The notes beneath the pieces are model-generated. The model saw only the letters and a program-made list of their open reading frames with translations, was not told the origin of the DNA and made no database searches. From assembly GCA_963205245.1 (NCBI GenBank), contig CAUJIB010000007.1:446-64445 (forward strand): DNA of 64,000 bases. Direction: 5' to 3'. Within the stretch, counting starts at the first letter, position 1, and each line of letters starts with the position of its first letter. The position numbers were made by a program, and so were the translations under genes. Shown here in pieces: positions 40,256-50,370 of this stretch. Source of the DNA: Pseudomonadota bacterium. Its GTDB lineage: Bacteria > Pseudomonadota > Alphaproteobacteria > Rickettsiales > SXRF01.

Positions 40256-41541
40256 CGTCCCTCACTTACAAAAATTGTGTCTTTGGCTGTAGTGATACTG
40301 CTGCTGGTTTCCATGAGTTGGAATGTTATTTCACGGCGATGATTGGTTTGTTTTTCAGCAGTGATGAACACGCGGAAATGCCCTACGGAATCGGCGAATA
40401 CGGGCAGATTATCTGCAGGAATATCGTTGCTCGCCTGCACGCGAATGGCAGCATTTTCGATGCCTTGTACGGTGAGCGCGTAATTCTTATCCTCATGATG
40501 TTTGTTGATGATCGTAATGTTGTAGCCATTACGCACAGAACCATCGGACAGCTTCACGAATAATGGATTGCGGTCGTGAATAACATTCATCTCCAGCGGT
40601 GAGCGCGTGAGCAAGCTATAGAGCATTAAACACCCGACCAGCGCGATAATTCCGCTATACCAAAAGGTGCGCGGACGGAAGGGGTTAAACTTTTCTTTGC
40701 TCTCCGTGTCATAGCGGATAAGGCCTTTGGGTAGACCAATTTTTCCCATCACATTATCACACGCATCGACGCATAATCCGCAGGCGATGCACTCCATCTG
40801 CAACCCTTCACGAATATCAATTCCCATCGGGCAGACGACGACACATGAGTCACAATCAATGCAATGGCCTTTACCTTCCCAACTATCGCCCGCTTTATGT
40901 TTTCCGCGTGGCTCACCGCGTGTTTCATCATAAGCTATAATCAGTGTATCTTTATCAAACATGGCGGATTGAAACCGCGCATAGGGGCACATATAGGTGC
41001 AGACCTGTTCACGTGCGAAACCCGCCATGAGGTAGGTAGAAAAAGTGAGTCCTAGAATCCAACCACCAACGCTCCACGGCACATCTAAATGTAAAATTTG
41101 ATCGAGTAATGTCGGGGCATCATTAAAATAAAACACCCACGCACCGCCAGTGCAGAGGCCGATGATGAGCCAGATGATGTGTGTGAGTCCCTTTTTGCGT
41201 ATTTTCTCTAATGTCCATTTTGATTCATCCAGTTTTTTGCGGGCATTTCTGTCGCCCTGCACAATGCGCTCTACCCACACGAATAAATCTGTCCAGACCG
41301 TCTGTGGGCAAGCATAGCCACACCATACGCGCCCAAATAGGGAAGTGACGAAGAATAATCCTACCGCCGCGAGAATTAAAATGCCGGTGATATAATAGAC
41401 TTCCTGCGGCCAGATTTCTATGCCGAAGAAATAGGCGCGTGTGTGATTGAGGTCGATAAGAATTGCTTGATCAGGGGATTGCCCGCCACGATGCCAACGC
41501 AGCCACGGCGCACCGTAATAAATAGCGAGCAATGTCACCAT
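40252..41541 (-). CDS. ccoG: CcoG/FixG cupric reductase/ferredoxin; 5-prime end frameshifted relative to the ancestral ATG at 41630
   Basis: CGYACPQ, CIDCDSCVVVCP and CIACGLCVDAC motifs. The conserved KIYPRRVWGRFRKLKW lies in frame upstream of Met-41541 but has no in-frame start codon. Confidence 0.85.
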   Translation of the reverse strand: MVTLLAIYYGAPWLRWHRGGQSPDQAILIDLNHTRAYFFGIEIWPQEVYYITGILILAAVGLFFVTSLFGRVWCGYACPQTVWTDLFVWVERIVQGDRNARKKLDESKWTLEKIRKKGLTHIIWLIIGLCTGGAWVFYFNDAPTLLDQILHLDVPWSVGGWILGLTFSTYLMAGFAREQVCTYMCPYARFQSAMFDKDTLIIAYDETRGEPRGKHKAGDSWEGKGHCIDCDSCVVVCPMGIDIREGLQMECIACGLCVDACDNVMGKIGLPKGLIRYDTESKEKFNPFRPRTFWYSGIIALVGCLMLYSLLTRSPLEMNVIHDRNPLFVKLSDGSVRNGYNITIINKHHEDKNYALTVQGIENAAIRVQASNDIPADNLPVFADSVGHFRVFITAEKQTNHRREITFQLMETSSSITTAKDTIFVSEGR

Positions 41542-41633
41542 CGACAGCCATTTCAGCTTACGAAACCTGCCCCATACACGCCGTGGATAGATTTTTTCTT
41601 GTTTTTTGAAGAGCTGTATAGGCGCTGCATTGA

Positions 41634-42518
41634 TTATTCCTTCGGTTTGTCGGCTTCGCCCCCACCGAGTGAATGTACATAAATACTCAGCTGCTTAATA
41701 GTCTCATCCGGCAGTCGCGTCTCCCAGGTTGGCATCACACCATGGCGCGGATTAGTCACTTGCTGCATGATGCTGGCCTTGTCACCGCCATAGAGCCAAA
41801 TCGCATCAGCCAAATTTGGCGCACCAACTTGTCGCCCTCCATGGCCGGTATCGCCATGGCACGAAGCACAATTCTGCTTGAAAATGGCTGCCCCTTGTTC
41901 ACTATCACCTTTGCCACTGGAGAGGCTAAGTACATGGTCGGCAACGCTTGAAATTTCATCGTGCTTCAGGATTTCACCAAACTCAGGCATTTGCGATGTA
42001 CGCGTATCTTCATGCGTAGAGCGAATACCAACTTTGATGGTGTGGTATATGGATTCAAGGTCGCCGCCCCACATCCAGTCATCGTCGTTTAGGTTAGGGT
42101 AGCCCCTTCCACCGGCTGCACCAGTGCCGTGGCACGCAGCGCAGTTTTCCTTGAACATGGTTTTGCCGCCTGCGATAGCGAAAGCGTAAAGTTCGGGGTC
42201 ATTCTGGATTTCTTCCAGGGAGTGCGATTTTATTTTTGCTGCAAGCTCTCCCCTCAGACTGGTTATTTCCGCCTGTTCTTCAGCCAGTTTTTTATATGAT
42301 GACCAGCCGAGCGTGCCTTTGGTATACCCTGAAAGTGTGGGCCATGCAGGGTACACTATCCAGTATCCTACCGCCCAGATACAGGTGATAGCAAACATAA
42401 CCAGCCACCAGCGCGGTGCCGGAATATTCAATTCTTTGATTCCATCCCACTCATGACCAGTGGTTTCCACGCCGGAATGCAGGTCTATATCTTTGTCTTT
42501 ATTTTTATGGTCAGCCAT
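41634..42518 (-). CDS. ccoP: cbb3-type cytochrome c oxidase subunit P (dihaem)
   Basis: Two CxxCH sites (CAACHG, CASCHG) and an N-terminal TM. Confidence 0.93.
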   Translation of the reverse strand: MADHKNKDKDIDLHSGVETTGHEWDGIKELNIPAPRWWLVMFAITCIWAVGYWIVYPAWPTLSGYTKGTLGWSSYKKLAEEQAEITSLRGELAAKIKSHSLEEIQNDPELYAFAIAGGKTMFKENCAACHGTGAAGGRGYPNLNDDDWMWGGDLESIYHTIKVGIRSTHEDTRTSQMPEFGEILKHDEISSVADHVLSLSSGKGDSEQGAAIFKQNCASCHGDTGHGGRQVGAPNLADAIWLYGGDKASIMQQVTNPRHGVMPTWETRLPDETIKQLSIYVHSLGGGEADKPKE

Positions 42519-42664
42519 TAATTTTCCTCCGACAGTGGGATATAAGCATGGGCTTGTAATTTTTCTTTCGCACCAGGGCGATATGCGCGGTACGCTATCA
42601 CTACAAATACGCTGAAGAAGAAAACCAGACCTATGGAAGGCGCATGTTCATATAAAAAATTCAT
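42518..42664 (-). CDS. ccoQ: cbb3-type cytochrome c oxidase subunit Q (FixQ)
   Basis: Not in the ORF track; 48 aa, [53 protein letters not shown] junctions with both ccoO and ccoP. Confidence 0.7.
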   Translation of the reverse strand: MNFLYEHAPSIGLVFFFSVFVVIAYRAYRPGAKEKLQAHAYIPLSEEN

Positions 42665-43455
42665 TATTTGCTCCCACTAGCGTCTTTTTCATTAAGATTA
42701 ATATCGTAATCTTTTATATCAGCAAGCGTGCCGAGCGTTTGCAGATAAGCAACCAGGGCATCCATTTCCGACACAAAGTTTTTCTGCCCATCGAAATCAC
42801 GGACATTCACTTTCTTGCCATAGCGGGCGTTTAAACCAGACGGGTCGCTGTCGGCATGTGCCTGTGCCATCGCGTCATTATAGGCGTTCTCGATCATATC
42901 ATCGGTATAAGGTACGCCAACAGTGCGGTATGCTTTCATAAGGTTTTTAATATCCAATAAATCTACCCCATGGTTTTTCATGAAGCTGTAAGATGGCATG
43001 ATGGATTCAGGCACTACATCCCTTGGGCGCGTAAGATGTGCTGTGTGCCATTCGTCGGAATATTTGCCGCCCACGCGCGCGAGATCAGGACCTGTACGCT
43101 TGCTGCCCCAGAGGAACGGGTGTTCATACATGCTTTCCGCCGCGAGGGAATAATGCCCGTAACGCTCTACCTCATCGCGTAATGGGCGTATCTGCTGGCT
43201 ATGGCATGCTGTGCAATTCTCGCGGATATAAATTTGTTCCCCAGTTAGCTCCAGTGGTGTCAGTGGGCGCATGCCGCTGACTTTTTCGATGGTGGTTTCT
43301 ATGCGAAACAGCGGTACGATTTCAACCAATCCGCCAATGGAAATCACTATGATAGAGAATATCAGCAGAAGTACGGAGCTTTTCTCAATTTTCTCGTGTT
43401 TTTCAAGCATTGCCAGCATCCTTATTATTGTGGGCATTTGCGCGGGATTCGACAT
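42664..43455 (-). CDS. ccoO: cbb3-type cytochrome c oxidase subunit O (monohaem)
   Basis: CTACHSQ haem site and FixO-like core. The true start is probably an internal Met ([13 protein letters not shown]). Confidence 0.93.
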   Translation of the reverse strand: MSNPAQMPTIIRMLAMLEKHEKIEKSSVLLLIFSIIVISIGGLVEIVPLFRIETTIEKVSGMRPLTPLELTGEQIYIRENCTACHSQQIRPLRDEVERYGHYSLAAESMYEHPFLWGSKRTGPDLARVGGKYSDEWHTAHLTRPRDVVPESIMPSYSFMKNHGVDLLDIKNLMKAYRTVGVPYTDDMIENAYNDAMAQAHADSDPSGLNARYGKKVNVRDFDGQKNFVSEMDALVAYLQTLGTLADIKDYDINLNEKDASGSK

Positions 43456-44890
43456 TGTTTCCAGTGATGGTTTTATAGCAGTTATATATCATGATAAGCA
43501 TTCCTGATAGATAGAGAAGACCGCCAAGTGCGCGGATAATATAATATGGGTGCATAGCTTCCACAGTTTCCACAAAGGAGTATTCAAGGAAGCCCATAGA
43601 GTCGTAAGCGCGCCACATAAGCCCCTGCATGATACCAGCAACCCACATTGCGGTGATGTAGAGCACTATGCCTATAGTGGAGACCCACAGGTGGATATTC
43701 ACAAGGCGCATGGAATACAAGCCTTTTTTTCTCCATAGCACCGGCACCATATGATAGAGTGCTCCAAAGCTTATGAATGCCACCCAGCCAAGTGCGCCGG
43801 AATGCACGTGACCGATGGTCCAATCGGTGTAATGCGACAGTGAATTAACTTCCTTTATAGACATTAGTGGTCCTTCAAATGTACTCATGCCATAAAATGC
43901 CAGAGCGACAACCATGAAGCGCAGTACGGCATCGTCGCGTAGCTTGTTCCACGCGCCAGAAAGCGTCATTACGCCGTTAAGCATCCCGCCCCAGCTTGGC
44001 ATCCATAGCATGATAGAAAATGTCATGCCCAGAGTTTGCGCCCAGTCTGGCAGGGAGGTGTAATGCAGATGGTGTGGCCCTGCCCATATATATATGAATA
44101 TAAGTGACCAGAAATGTATTATCGAAAGGCGGTAGGAATATATAGGGCGGTTGGCACGTTTGGGGATAAAATAATACATGATGCCAAGGAATCCTGCGGT
44201 AAGGTAAAAGCCAACCGCATTATGCCCGTACCACCATTGGATGAGGGCGCTTTGGACGCCACCCCAGACCGATACTGATTTTGTGCTCAACAAAGATACG
44301 GGAACGCTTACGCCATTTACCAGATGCAGAACGGCAACTGTTGCGATAAATCCCAGAAAAAACCAGTTTGCCACGTAAATATGTGGTTCTTCGCGCCTGG
44401 CCAGTGTCATCATATAAATTAGCAGGTATGATACCCAGACTATGGTGAGCCACAAATCAGCGTACCATTCCGGTTCGGCGTATTCTTTGTTCTGCGTAAT
44501 GCCAAATATATAGCCTGTTGCCGCCATAATGATAAAAAGCTGGTAGCCCCAGAAGGTAAAATTCGCGAGCTTATCGTTCCATAAGCGCGTACGACAGGTG
44601 CGTTGTACAACAAAATAAGAGGTAGCAAAAAGCACGCTGCCGCCGAAGGCAAAAATCACTCCCGATGTGTGCACAGGGCGCAGGCGGCCAAAGCTGAAAT
44701 ACGGTTCAAAATTAAGATCGGGAAATGCTAATTGCAGAGCAATCACCAGCCCCACCAACATTCCCACCGTGCCCCAAAACAGTGCGGCAATGGTGAATTT
44801 CTTGACAATGTCGTCATTATAAATTGGCGCAGCCTTCGTTGGCACATAACGTGGATCGATTTCAACTTCACGTTCGTTTGGGGATTGCAT
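43403..44890 (-). CDS. ccoN: cbb3-type cytochrome c oxidase subunit N (catalytic)
   Basis: 12+ TM segments with haem-copper oxidase His ligands ([24 protein letters not shown]). Confidence 0.95.
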   Translation of the reverse strand: MQSPNEREVEIDPRYVPTKAAPIYNDDIVKKFTIAALFWGTVGMLVGLVIALQLAFPDLNFEPYFSFGRLRPVHTSGVIFAFGGSVLFATSYFVVQRTCRTRLWNDKLANFTFWGYQLFIIMAATGYIFGITQNKEYAEPEWYADLWLTIVWVSYLLIYMMTLARREEPHIYVANWFFLGFIATVAVLHLVNGVSVPVSLLSTKSVSVWGGVQSALIQWWYGHNAVGFYLTAGFLGIMYYFIPKRANRPIYSYRLSIIHFWSLIFIYIWAGPHHLHYTSLPDWAQTLGMTFSIMLWMPSWGGMLNGVMTLSGAWNKLRDDAVLRFMVVALAFYGMSTFEGPLMSIKEVNSLSHYTDWTIGHVHSGALGWVAFISFGALYHMVPVLWRKKGLYSMRLVNIHLWVSTIGIVLYITAMWVAGIMQGLMWRAYDSMGFLEYSFVETVEAMHPYYIIRALGGLLYLSGMLIMIYNCYKTITGNNVESRANAHNNKDAGNA

Positions 44891-44894
44891 GTTT

Positions 44895-45542
44895 TTACCT
44901 CATTACTTTTGCGGCCAACACTAACAGTGCCAGCCCGTTAAGCACTATACCAAAGCGGCCAATTCCGCGCATCATTTCCTGCCATTTCACTGCCAGCATA
45001 GCAGCCCCGCCGCTTGCCACCAGCAAGGCCGGAATCGTCCCCAACACAAATAACCACATCGCAAACATTCCTACGAGTGGGTTGGTGAATGTTGCAGCCA
45101 TCATCAGCGCGGCATAAATCAATCCGCAGGGCATAAAACTCATCAGCACACCACGTAAAAAAGCATTTTTAGGCGTATAGGCAAGCAATGCATGTTGATT
45201 AGGTACAATAGCACTGAGCAGGAATAATCCACCCGCCATCACCATCATCGTCGCTGAAAGTGCTGGCCAATACGATGCTGCCGCAAGTTGCTTGGAAAGT
45301 AGTGCGACAGAAAAACCAAGTGCTCCATAGGTTAAAAGTCGTCCCAGATGATACTGCCATTGCGCTGCCGCGCTCATACGCTTGCCACACCCACCGCCAC
45401 ATGCTGACTGGCACGCCACCACCGGCCCGCACATGACAAGGCAATGGGTGAGGCTGCCTGTCAGTCCTCCTAGGAAAAATACGGCAAACAAGCCCCCATG
45501 CTGGGAAAATGCCACTGAACAATGCACTAATAATGCTTCCAT
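44895..45542 (-). CDS. DsbD_2/TauE-like membrane protein upstream of ccoN
   Basis: [16 protein letters not shown] motif, 6 TM, 4 nt upstream of ccoN. Start set at ATG 45542 rather than the tracked TTG 45602, which lies inside the FNR box. Confidence 0.6.
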   Translation of the reverse strand: MEALLVHCSVAFSQHGGLFAVFFLGGLTGSLTHCLVMCGPVVACQSACGGGCGKRMSAAAQWQYHLGRLLTYGALGFSVALLSKQLAAASYWPALSATMMVMAGGLFLLSAIVPNQHALLAYTPKNAFLRGVLMSFMPCGLIYAALMMAATFTNPLVGMFAMWLFVLGTIPALLVASGGAAMLAVKWQEMMRGIGRFGIVLNGLALLVLAAKVMR

Positions 45543-45588
45543 CAACAATCCTTTGGGAAGCACTCTATAATTAAGATGTTTCAGTGCC

Positions 45589-45602
45589 TTGATTTGAATC
45601 AA
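45589..45602 (-). promoter_or_regulatory. FNR/FixK box TTGATTTGAATCAA upstream of the cco operon
   Basis: Perfect TTGAT-N4-ATCAA, centred about 53 nt upstream of ATG 45542. Confidence 0.75.
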
Positions 45603-45626
45603 GGGTATTAGATCAATATCCTCAAT

Positions 45627-46240
45627 TTACAAGCTGAAAGCTGAATAATTTCCTATACTCATCCCGCCAGCTATTTCACCCGCAGGCAGTGCATGGTGAT
45701 ATTCGGTGAGCAGCGATAGCAGCTTTTGCTTATATTCCGTATCGTCATTGCCATTAAGCTGAAGACCTTTGGTTTCAAGCACCAACATCCGATCCCCATT
45801 TATACACGCAACAAAATCGGGATAGATTTTATTGCGTTGCCAGCCTTGTAGTGAATAATCTTGCCGCGCAACCATGCGGTGCCACTAGGCGACTGCCTCG
45901 TCATCTGCTAGGTACAGCGCGAAATCCTTTTCGAGCGAATTAAATTCTTTTTCAAAGACAAACTAGAACAGATTGTTCTGTATCAGCGTGTTATCTTTCC
46001 GTATCAGTTTGCGATCCTGCTTGCTGGCGAGTTGTTTCAATTCCCGCGCAATCTCAAAATTCAGGCGTTCATTGTCGTTTGTCACGAGGGGGAAGGTGAC
46101 TCGCCCCTTTGCCAGTTTATCACGGAAAATAGCCTCTGATTGCTCATGCACCACCTGTTTGAGATATCGTTTGATGCTATCAATCAGGAAAAGGCGGTTG
46201 TTAAACAGCGTATCATCCTGCTGCCCTTTTCCGATGCTTA
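45627..46240 (-). pseudogene. C-terminal remnant of a Res-type (type III restriction / DEAD-box helicase family) protein with in-frame stops
   Basis: A single frame reads ...KGRVTFPLVTNDNERLNFEIAREL...NNLF*FVFEKEFNSLEKDFALYLADDEAVA*WHRMVARQDYSLQGWQRNKIYPDFV... TAG at 45963-45965 and 45885-45887. The N-terminal bulk is missing. Confidence 0.6.
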
Positions 46241-46371
46241 GGAAACTCTATGACAGCCGCCCGCTGTTCGGGTAGGGTTCTAACGGCGTCGATAGCCGCG
46301 CGCCATAAAACATTATGATTTTATATATTAGTTATACAGAATAATTTCTGTACAGAGTCCTTTGTCGTGCG

Positions 46372-47061
46372 TCATCCCTGTGCAGGCGGTAATATTTTCT
46401 GTTTTTGGTTACCCAATAAATCATGAAGCAGATGCAGCATGGTTGTTACGCCTAAAACAGGCACAGCAAGATTAAGTAAAGGAATTGTAGAGAAAAAGCT
46501 AATCGCTACACCTATTAATAACACAGTGTTTCCAGCTTTTTTCTGTAGCTGCAAGGCTTGGGATTTGGACACCCTTCTTCCTGCTGCCATACGAAAAAAT
46601 TGTGTGCCTAGTAAATAGCCATTTAATCCATAATAAATAATAATCCCAATCATTGGGATTATATAAAGCGGCAGGAAAACTATATTAAGTCCGATAGCCT
46701 TTAATGAAAACATTATATCACTTGTTATAGTAGGCCAGAAAGGTGGCTGGGCTGTTGGTAGTTGAGTATATTCTTCGCGCTCAATTATTTCAGCAATTTT
46801 ATCATCAAAAAAACTGATTAATATGGGATAAAGCAATGGAAAAAAGAACCATCCTATCATCACCCCGCCAAAAGTACTAAGTATACCGATAAAAAAGCCT
46901 TCTGCACCTGAAACCGAAATATAGCTGGATATAATTTCTGAGATAGCAAAGGTGAGTATTCCCCATCCGACTACATAGGCAAGCATACATAATAAGAAAA
47001 TTTTTATAATGTCAGGGAGTAATAAATTATGAAGTGCTTTGGTGAAATTTGAAAGTAGCAT
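46372..47061 (-). CDS. EI24/CysZ-like membrane protein
   Basis: 4-5 TM segments and an IPLLNLAVPVLG-type C-terminal motif. Confidence 0.55.
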   Translation of the reverse strand: MLLSNFTKALHNLLLPDIIKIFLLCMLAYVVGWGILTFAISEIISSYISVSGAEGFFIGILSTFGGVMIGWFFFPLLYPILISFFDDKIAEIIEREEYTQLPTAQPPFWPTITSDIMFSLKAIGLNIVFLPLYIIPMIGIIIYYGLNGYLLGTQFFRMAAGRRVSKSQALQLQKKAGNTVLLIGVAISFFSTIPLLNLAVPVLGVTTMLHLLHDLLGNQKQKILPPAQG

Positions 47062-47137
47062 AATTGTCTTCTAAAAATTTTATACTCGCGCCAATATAGC
47101 ATAATTGCTGAAAAAAAGAAGGTAATATCTTTGTTGT

Positions 47138-47602
47138 TTATTTTATGTGCAGAACACAAATAAGGGTAAATAATCTTCTGGCTGTTGGGAAATCCACAAC
47201 AATTCTGTCTTTTAATATATCTTGTAGCATCTGTGAACCTTCGTTATGTATGCCGCGCCTGCCCATATCAATGGCTTCTATTTTACTGGGGTTTGCTGAA
47301 TTAAGGGCGGTTTGATAACTATCAAAAATTATAAAATAATCACGGATGATACCACGCAGTGGAGTAATAGAAAGTATTACCTTTGAATGCTTTTCTTCTT
47401 GTGGGGACTGAACATCCAGCACCAGCTTACCTTCCTCAATAGCCAAGTGGATATTATAAGGGCCGCTTTTCATACAGCGCGGTTCAAAATTATTTTCATC
47501 AAGTAGGTCAGCTATTGCTACATTCCGTTCATGCTCTGCCTCTGGCGAGCGTTTTTTCATGCTGCTTTCATCCAGTGAAATCTTTGCTATTTTCTCACTC
47601 AT
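47138..47602 (-). CDS. UPF0262 family protein
   Basis: EAEHERNVAIADLLDENNFEP...GPYNIHLAIEEGKLVLDV. Overlaps hisD by 4 nt, as is typical in alphaproteobacteria. Confidence 0.8.
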   Translation of the reverse strand: MSEKIAKISLDESSMKKRSPEAEHERNVAIADLLDENNFEPRCMKSGPYNIHLAIEEGKLVLDVQSPQEEKHSKVILSITPLRGIIRDYFIIFDSYQTALNSANPSKIEAIDMGRRGIHNEGSQMLQDILKDRIVVDFPTARRLFTLICVLHIK

Positions 47603-48894
47603 GATCTTATAGAAACAGATAGTTTATGAGCGTGAAGACCTTCACTTTCTGCTAATGTTTGCGCATAACGGCTAAGCTCTGCAAGTGATTTTTCACTACA
47701 CCCTATAATTGAAGTACGTTTTATAAAATCAAAAACAGAAAGACCGGAAGAAAAGCTTGCTGTGCGTGAAGTTGGTAGTACATGAGATGGTCCTGCGATA
47801 TAATCTCCAATTGCTTCTGGTGTATAACTACCAAGGAAAATTGCCCCAGCATTGCGTAATAATGGGAAAAATTCTTCCGGTTGCGCAATTGCTAATTCTA
47901 GATGTTCAGGGGCGATTTTATTGGAAATATCACAGGCTTCCTGCCAGTTCTTCACCAATATTACTGTACCAAAATCCTGCCATGATTTTTTCGCTATATT
48001 ACGGCGTGGCAAGTCAATTAAAATTCTCTCCACCTCTATAATAACTTTTTCAGCAAAAGTATCATCATCCGTGATTAAAATTGATTGAGCCTGTGCATCA
48101 TGCTCAGCTTGCGAGAGTAGATCCGCTGCGATCCAGGCAGGATTATTGTTTTTATCTGCAATAACCAGAATTTCTGATGGTCCTGCAATCATATCAATAC
48201 CTACCCGTCCAAATACCTGCCGCTTTGCCTCGGCCACATAAGCATTACCCGGACCTACTATTTTATCTACTGCTTTAATGCTGGGTGTGCCATAAGCAAG
48301 GGCAGCAATTGCCTGCGCTCCGCCAATTTTATAAATTTCATCTATTCCTACGATATGACAAGCAGCAAGCACTGCTGGGTTTAATTTGCCTTCCGGTGCA
48401 GGAACAACCGCAACCAATCTTTTAACTCCAGCAACTTTAGCCGGCATCGCATTCATTAGAACTGAACTCGGGTAAGAAGCTAACCCACCCGGCACATAAA
48501 GACCGACTGCATCTATTGCCGTCCAGCGATGACCAAGCCTTGTCCCGCTAGCATCTACATAATCCAAATCCTCCGGTAGTTGCTTTTTACTATAATCGCT
48601 AATACGCTGCGCCGCAATTTTAAGTGATTTAATTAATTCTGGCGAGCATAACGCCAGCGCGTTTGCGATCTCTTTTTCATCAACCTTAATATCATCTAGT
48701 GTGGCAATAAATTTATCAAATTTTTTTGTATATTCTAAAACTGCTGCGTCACCATTTTTTCTGACGTGCATAATAATATCAGATACTACGCTGCTTACCT
48801 CAGCTTCTCCTCCTTCGCGCATTGTAAGGAACGCCTCAAATTTCTTATTAAAATCGGGTAGGGAAGTTGATATTCTAATCACTAACCGCCTCAC
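47599..48894 (-). CDS. hisD: histidinol dehydrogenase
   Basis: LLSQAEHD motif and full-length HisD-like sequence. Confidence 0.95.
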   Translation of the reverse strand: MRRLVIRISTSLPDFNKKFEAFLTMREGGEAEVSSVVSDIIMHVRKNGDAAVLEYTKKFDKFIATLDDIKVDEKEIANALALCSPELIKSLKIAAQRISDYSKKQLPEDLDYVDASGTRLGHRWTAIDAVGLYVPGGLASYPSSVLMNAMPAKVAGVKRLVAVVPAPEGKLNPAVLAACHIVGIDEIYKIGGAQAIAALAYGTPSIKAVDKIVGPGNAYVAEAKRQVFGRVGIDMIAGPSEILVIADKNNNPAWIAADLLSQAEHDAQAQSILITDDDTFAEKVIIEVERILIDLPRRNIAKKSWQDFGTVILVKNWQEACDISNKIAPEHLELAIAQPEEFFPLLRNAGAIFLGSYTPEAIGDYIAGPSHVLPTSRTASFSSGLSVFDFIKRTSIIGCSEKSLAELSRYAQTLAESEGLHAHKLSVSIRS

Positions 48895-49525
48895 GAAATT
48901 TCTCTATAAGTTCACTAATTTCAGTATTACTGGTTTTGAACGCGGCACGGTTTACAATCAAACGTGAGGAAACTTTTGTTATCTCCTCAACTTCTTTCAA
49001 GCCATTGGCTTTTAAGGTGCGTCCTGAACTCACCAAATCCACTATACATGGTGCAAGGCCGAGTTTAGGTGCAAGCTCCATGGCCCCGCTTAATTTTATG
49101 CATTCTGCTTGAATGCCTTTTTGCGCAAAATAACGTCTGGTAATATTAGGATATTTAGTTGCTACACGAATATGACTTATGCGTGATAAGTCAGCATCAT
49201 TTTTTCCAGAATCCAGTTCAGCGACAGAAAGTCGGCAATGCCCAATATCCAAATCCAGCGGTGCATATAAATCAGGATAGTCAAATTCCATCAATACATC
49301 GCTGCCTGCGATTCCTAGATGTGCTGCCCCAAAAGCAACAAATGTCGGCACATCAAAACTCCGCACGCGGATAATTGAAATATTAGAATCTTTACAGGAA
49401 AATTGCAGTTGCCTTTCATTATCATCAAAAAAAGCCTGTTCAGGAAAAATACCAGCTTGCCTTAAGATAGGCACAGCTTCTTCCTGAATACGTCCTTTAG
49501 CAAGAGCTATGATAATTGGTTTCAT
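48875..49525 (-). CDS. hisG: ATP phosphoribosyltransferase (short form)
   Basis: 216 aa with [10 protein letters not shown] and [14 protein letters not shown] motifs. Confidence 0.9.
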   Translation of the reverse strand: MKPIIIALAKGRIQEEAVPILRQAGIFPEQAFFDDNERQLQFSCKDSNISIIRVRSFDVPTFVAFGAAHLGIAGSDVLMEFDYPDLYAPLDLDIGHCRLSVAELDSGKNDADLSRISHIRVATKYPNITRRYFAQKGIQAECIKLSGAMELAPKLGLAPCIVDLVSSGRTLKANGLKEVEEITKVSSRLIVNRAAFKTSNTEISELIEKFREAVSD

Positions 49526-49533
49526 GTTCTTTT

Positions 49534-50364
49534 TTACCTGTTAACCATATTGTTTTGTAATTCATTTTTTACCATAGCTATTATTGAGTTAAAAGAAAAT
49601 GACATTATTGGCATTTGCGGTGGAATATTCCGGTTATCTTTTAACATATCGCTAAGTAGTGCCATTTTGCCATTCGCAACATGGCTGTAAATCCCAGATG
49701 CCAAATTTATAGCCCCATAATATGGATTTTCATTTGTGATATTTTTTTTTGCCGCATCAACGACTGCTTTGGAATTTTGAGAATTCTCCATAAGCTTATC
49801 GTAGTTCCAGTTTGGAACTTCTTCAATATTGCTGACGATATTCATTGTTTTATCACATATTTTTATTAATTTAGTATTAGGAGAGGCGATCCCGATATGT
49901 TGCACCTGCCACTGTGTTTTTGTAATGCTATTTCCATCTGAATCTCTGAATTCCTTAGGGTTGGTTAGTTCATGAAGGGAAAAAATAAGTTTTTTTGCAA
50001 AATTTTTATCGTCAAATTTAGATTCAATTATTCCTATGACTTCTTTACGGGCACTCTCTTCTGTTGTTGATCCAGATTTTATTTCTTCTTTTTTATAGTC
50101 CTCTATTACATCATGGAGCAGGCTTGCTGCTAATGTTACATCTTTATTTTTTATATTTCTGGGTAGGCATCTATTTACTAAATCATATACCTGTACAGGG
50201 TGTGTTATATAATCCAGTTTATCTATGCCTTTACGGTATTGCCCTTCATGAAGCTGCACCGCCAGAAAGTAAGCTATGCGTACAGGATCATCTTTTTCTC
50301 TCTTTAGAATATCACCGTTAATTATGTGATTTACATATTGTGGATATTCTTTATTTTCCCCCAT
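49534..50364 (-). CDS. HD-domain protein, RelA/SpoT-type (p)ppGpp hydrolase-like
   Basis: H...HD pattern ([11 protein letters not shown] ... [11 protein letters not shown]). No synthetase domain. Confidence 0.65.
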   Translation of the reverse strand: MGENKEYPQYVNHIINGDILKREKDDPVRIAYFLAVQLHEGQYRKGIDKLDYITHPVQVYDLVNRCLPRNIKNKDVTLAASLLHDVIEDYKKEEIKSGSTTEESARKEVIGIIESKFDDKNFAKKLIFSLHELTNPKEFRDSDGNSITKTQWQVQHIGIASPNTKLIKICDKTMNIVSNIEEVPNWNYDKLMENSQNSKAVVDAAKKNITNENPYYGAINLASGIYSHVANGKMALLSDMLKDNRNIPPQMPIMSFSFNSIIAMVKNELQNNMVNR

Positions 50365-50370
50365 GGCATT

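Larger units (their letters stand above)
33965..46305. mobile_element. putative tRNA-Arg-associated genomic island (fnr/fixK + ccoNOQP-ccoGHIS) with a degraded integration module
   Basis: An abrupt rise in G+C begins at the tRNA 3-prime end and stops at 46305. Recombinase remnant on the left, Res-like remnant on the right, low-G+C backbone genes on both sides. Confidence 0.7.

Noticed and set aside
45543-45602. TTG start at 45602 for the DsbD_2-like gene
   Set aside because: The TTG is part of the TTGATTTGAATCAA FNR box, and the 20 extra residues are not hydrophobic or conserved-looking. ATG 45542 is preferred.
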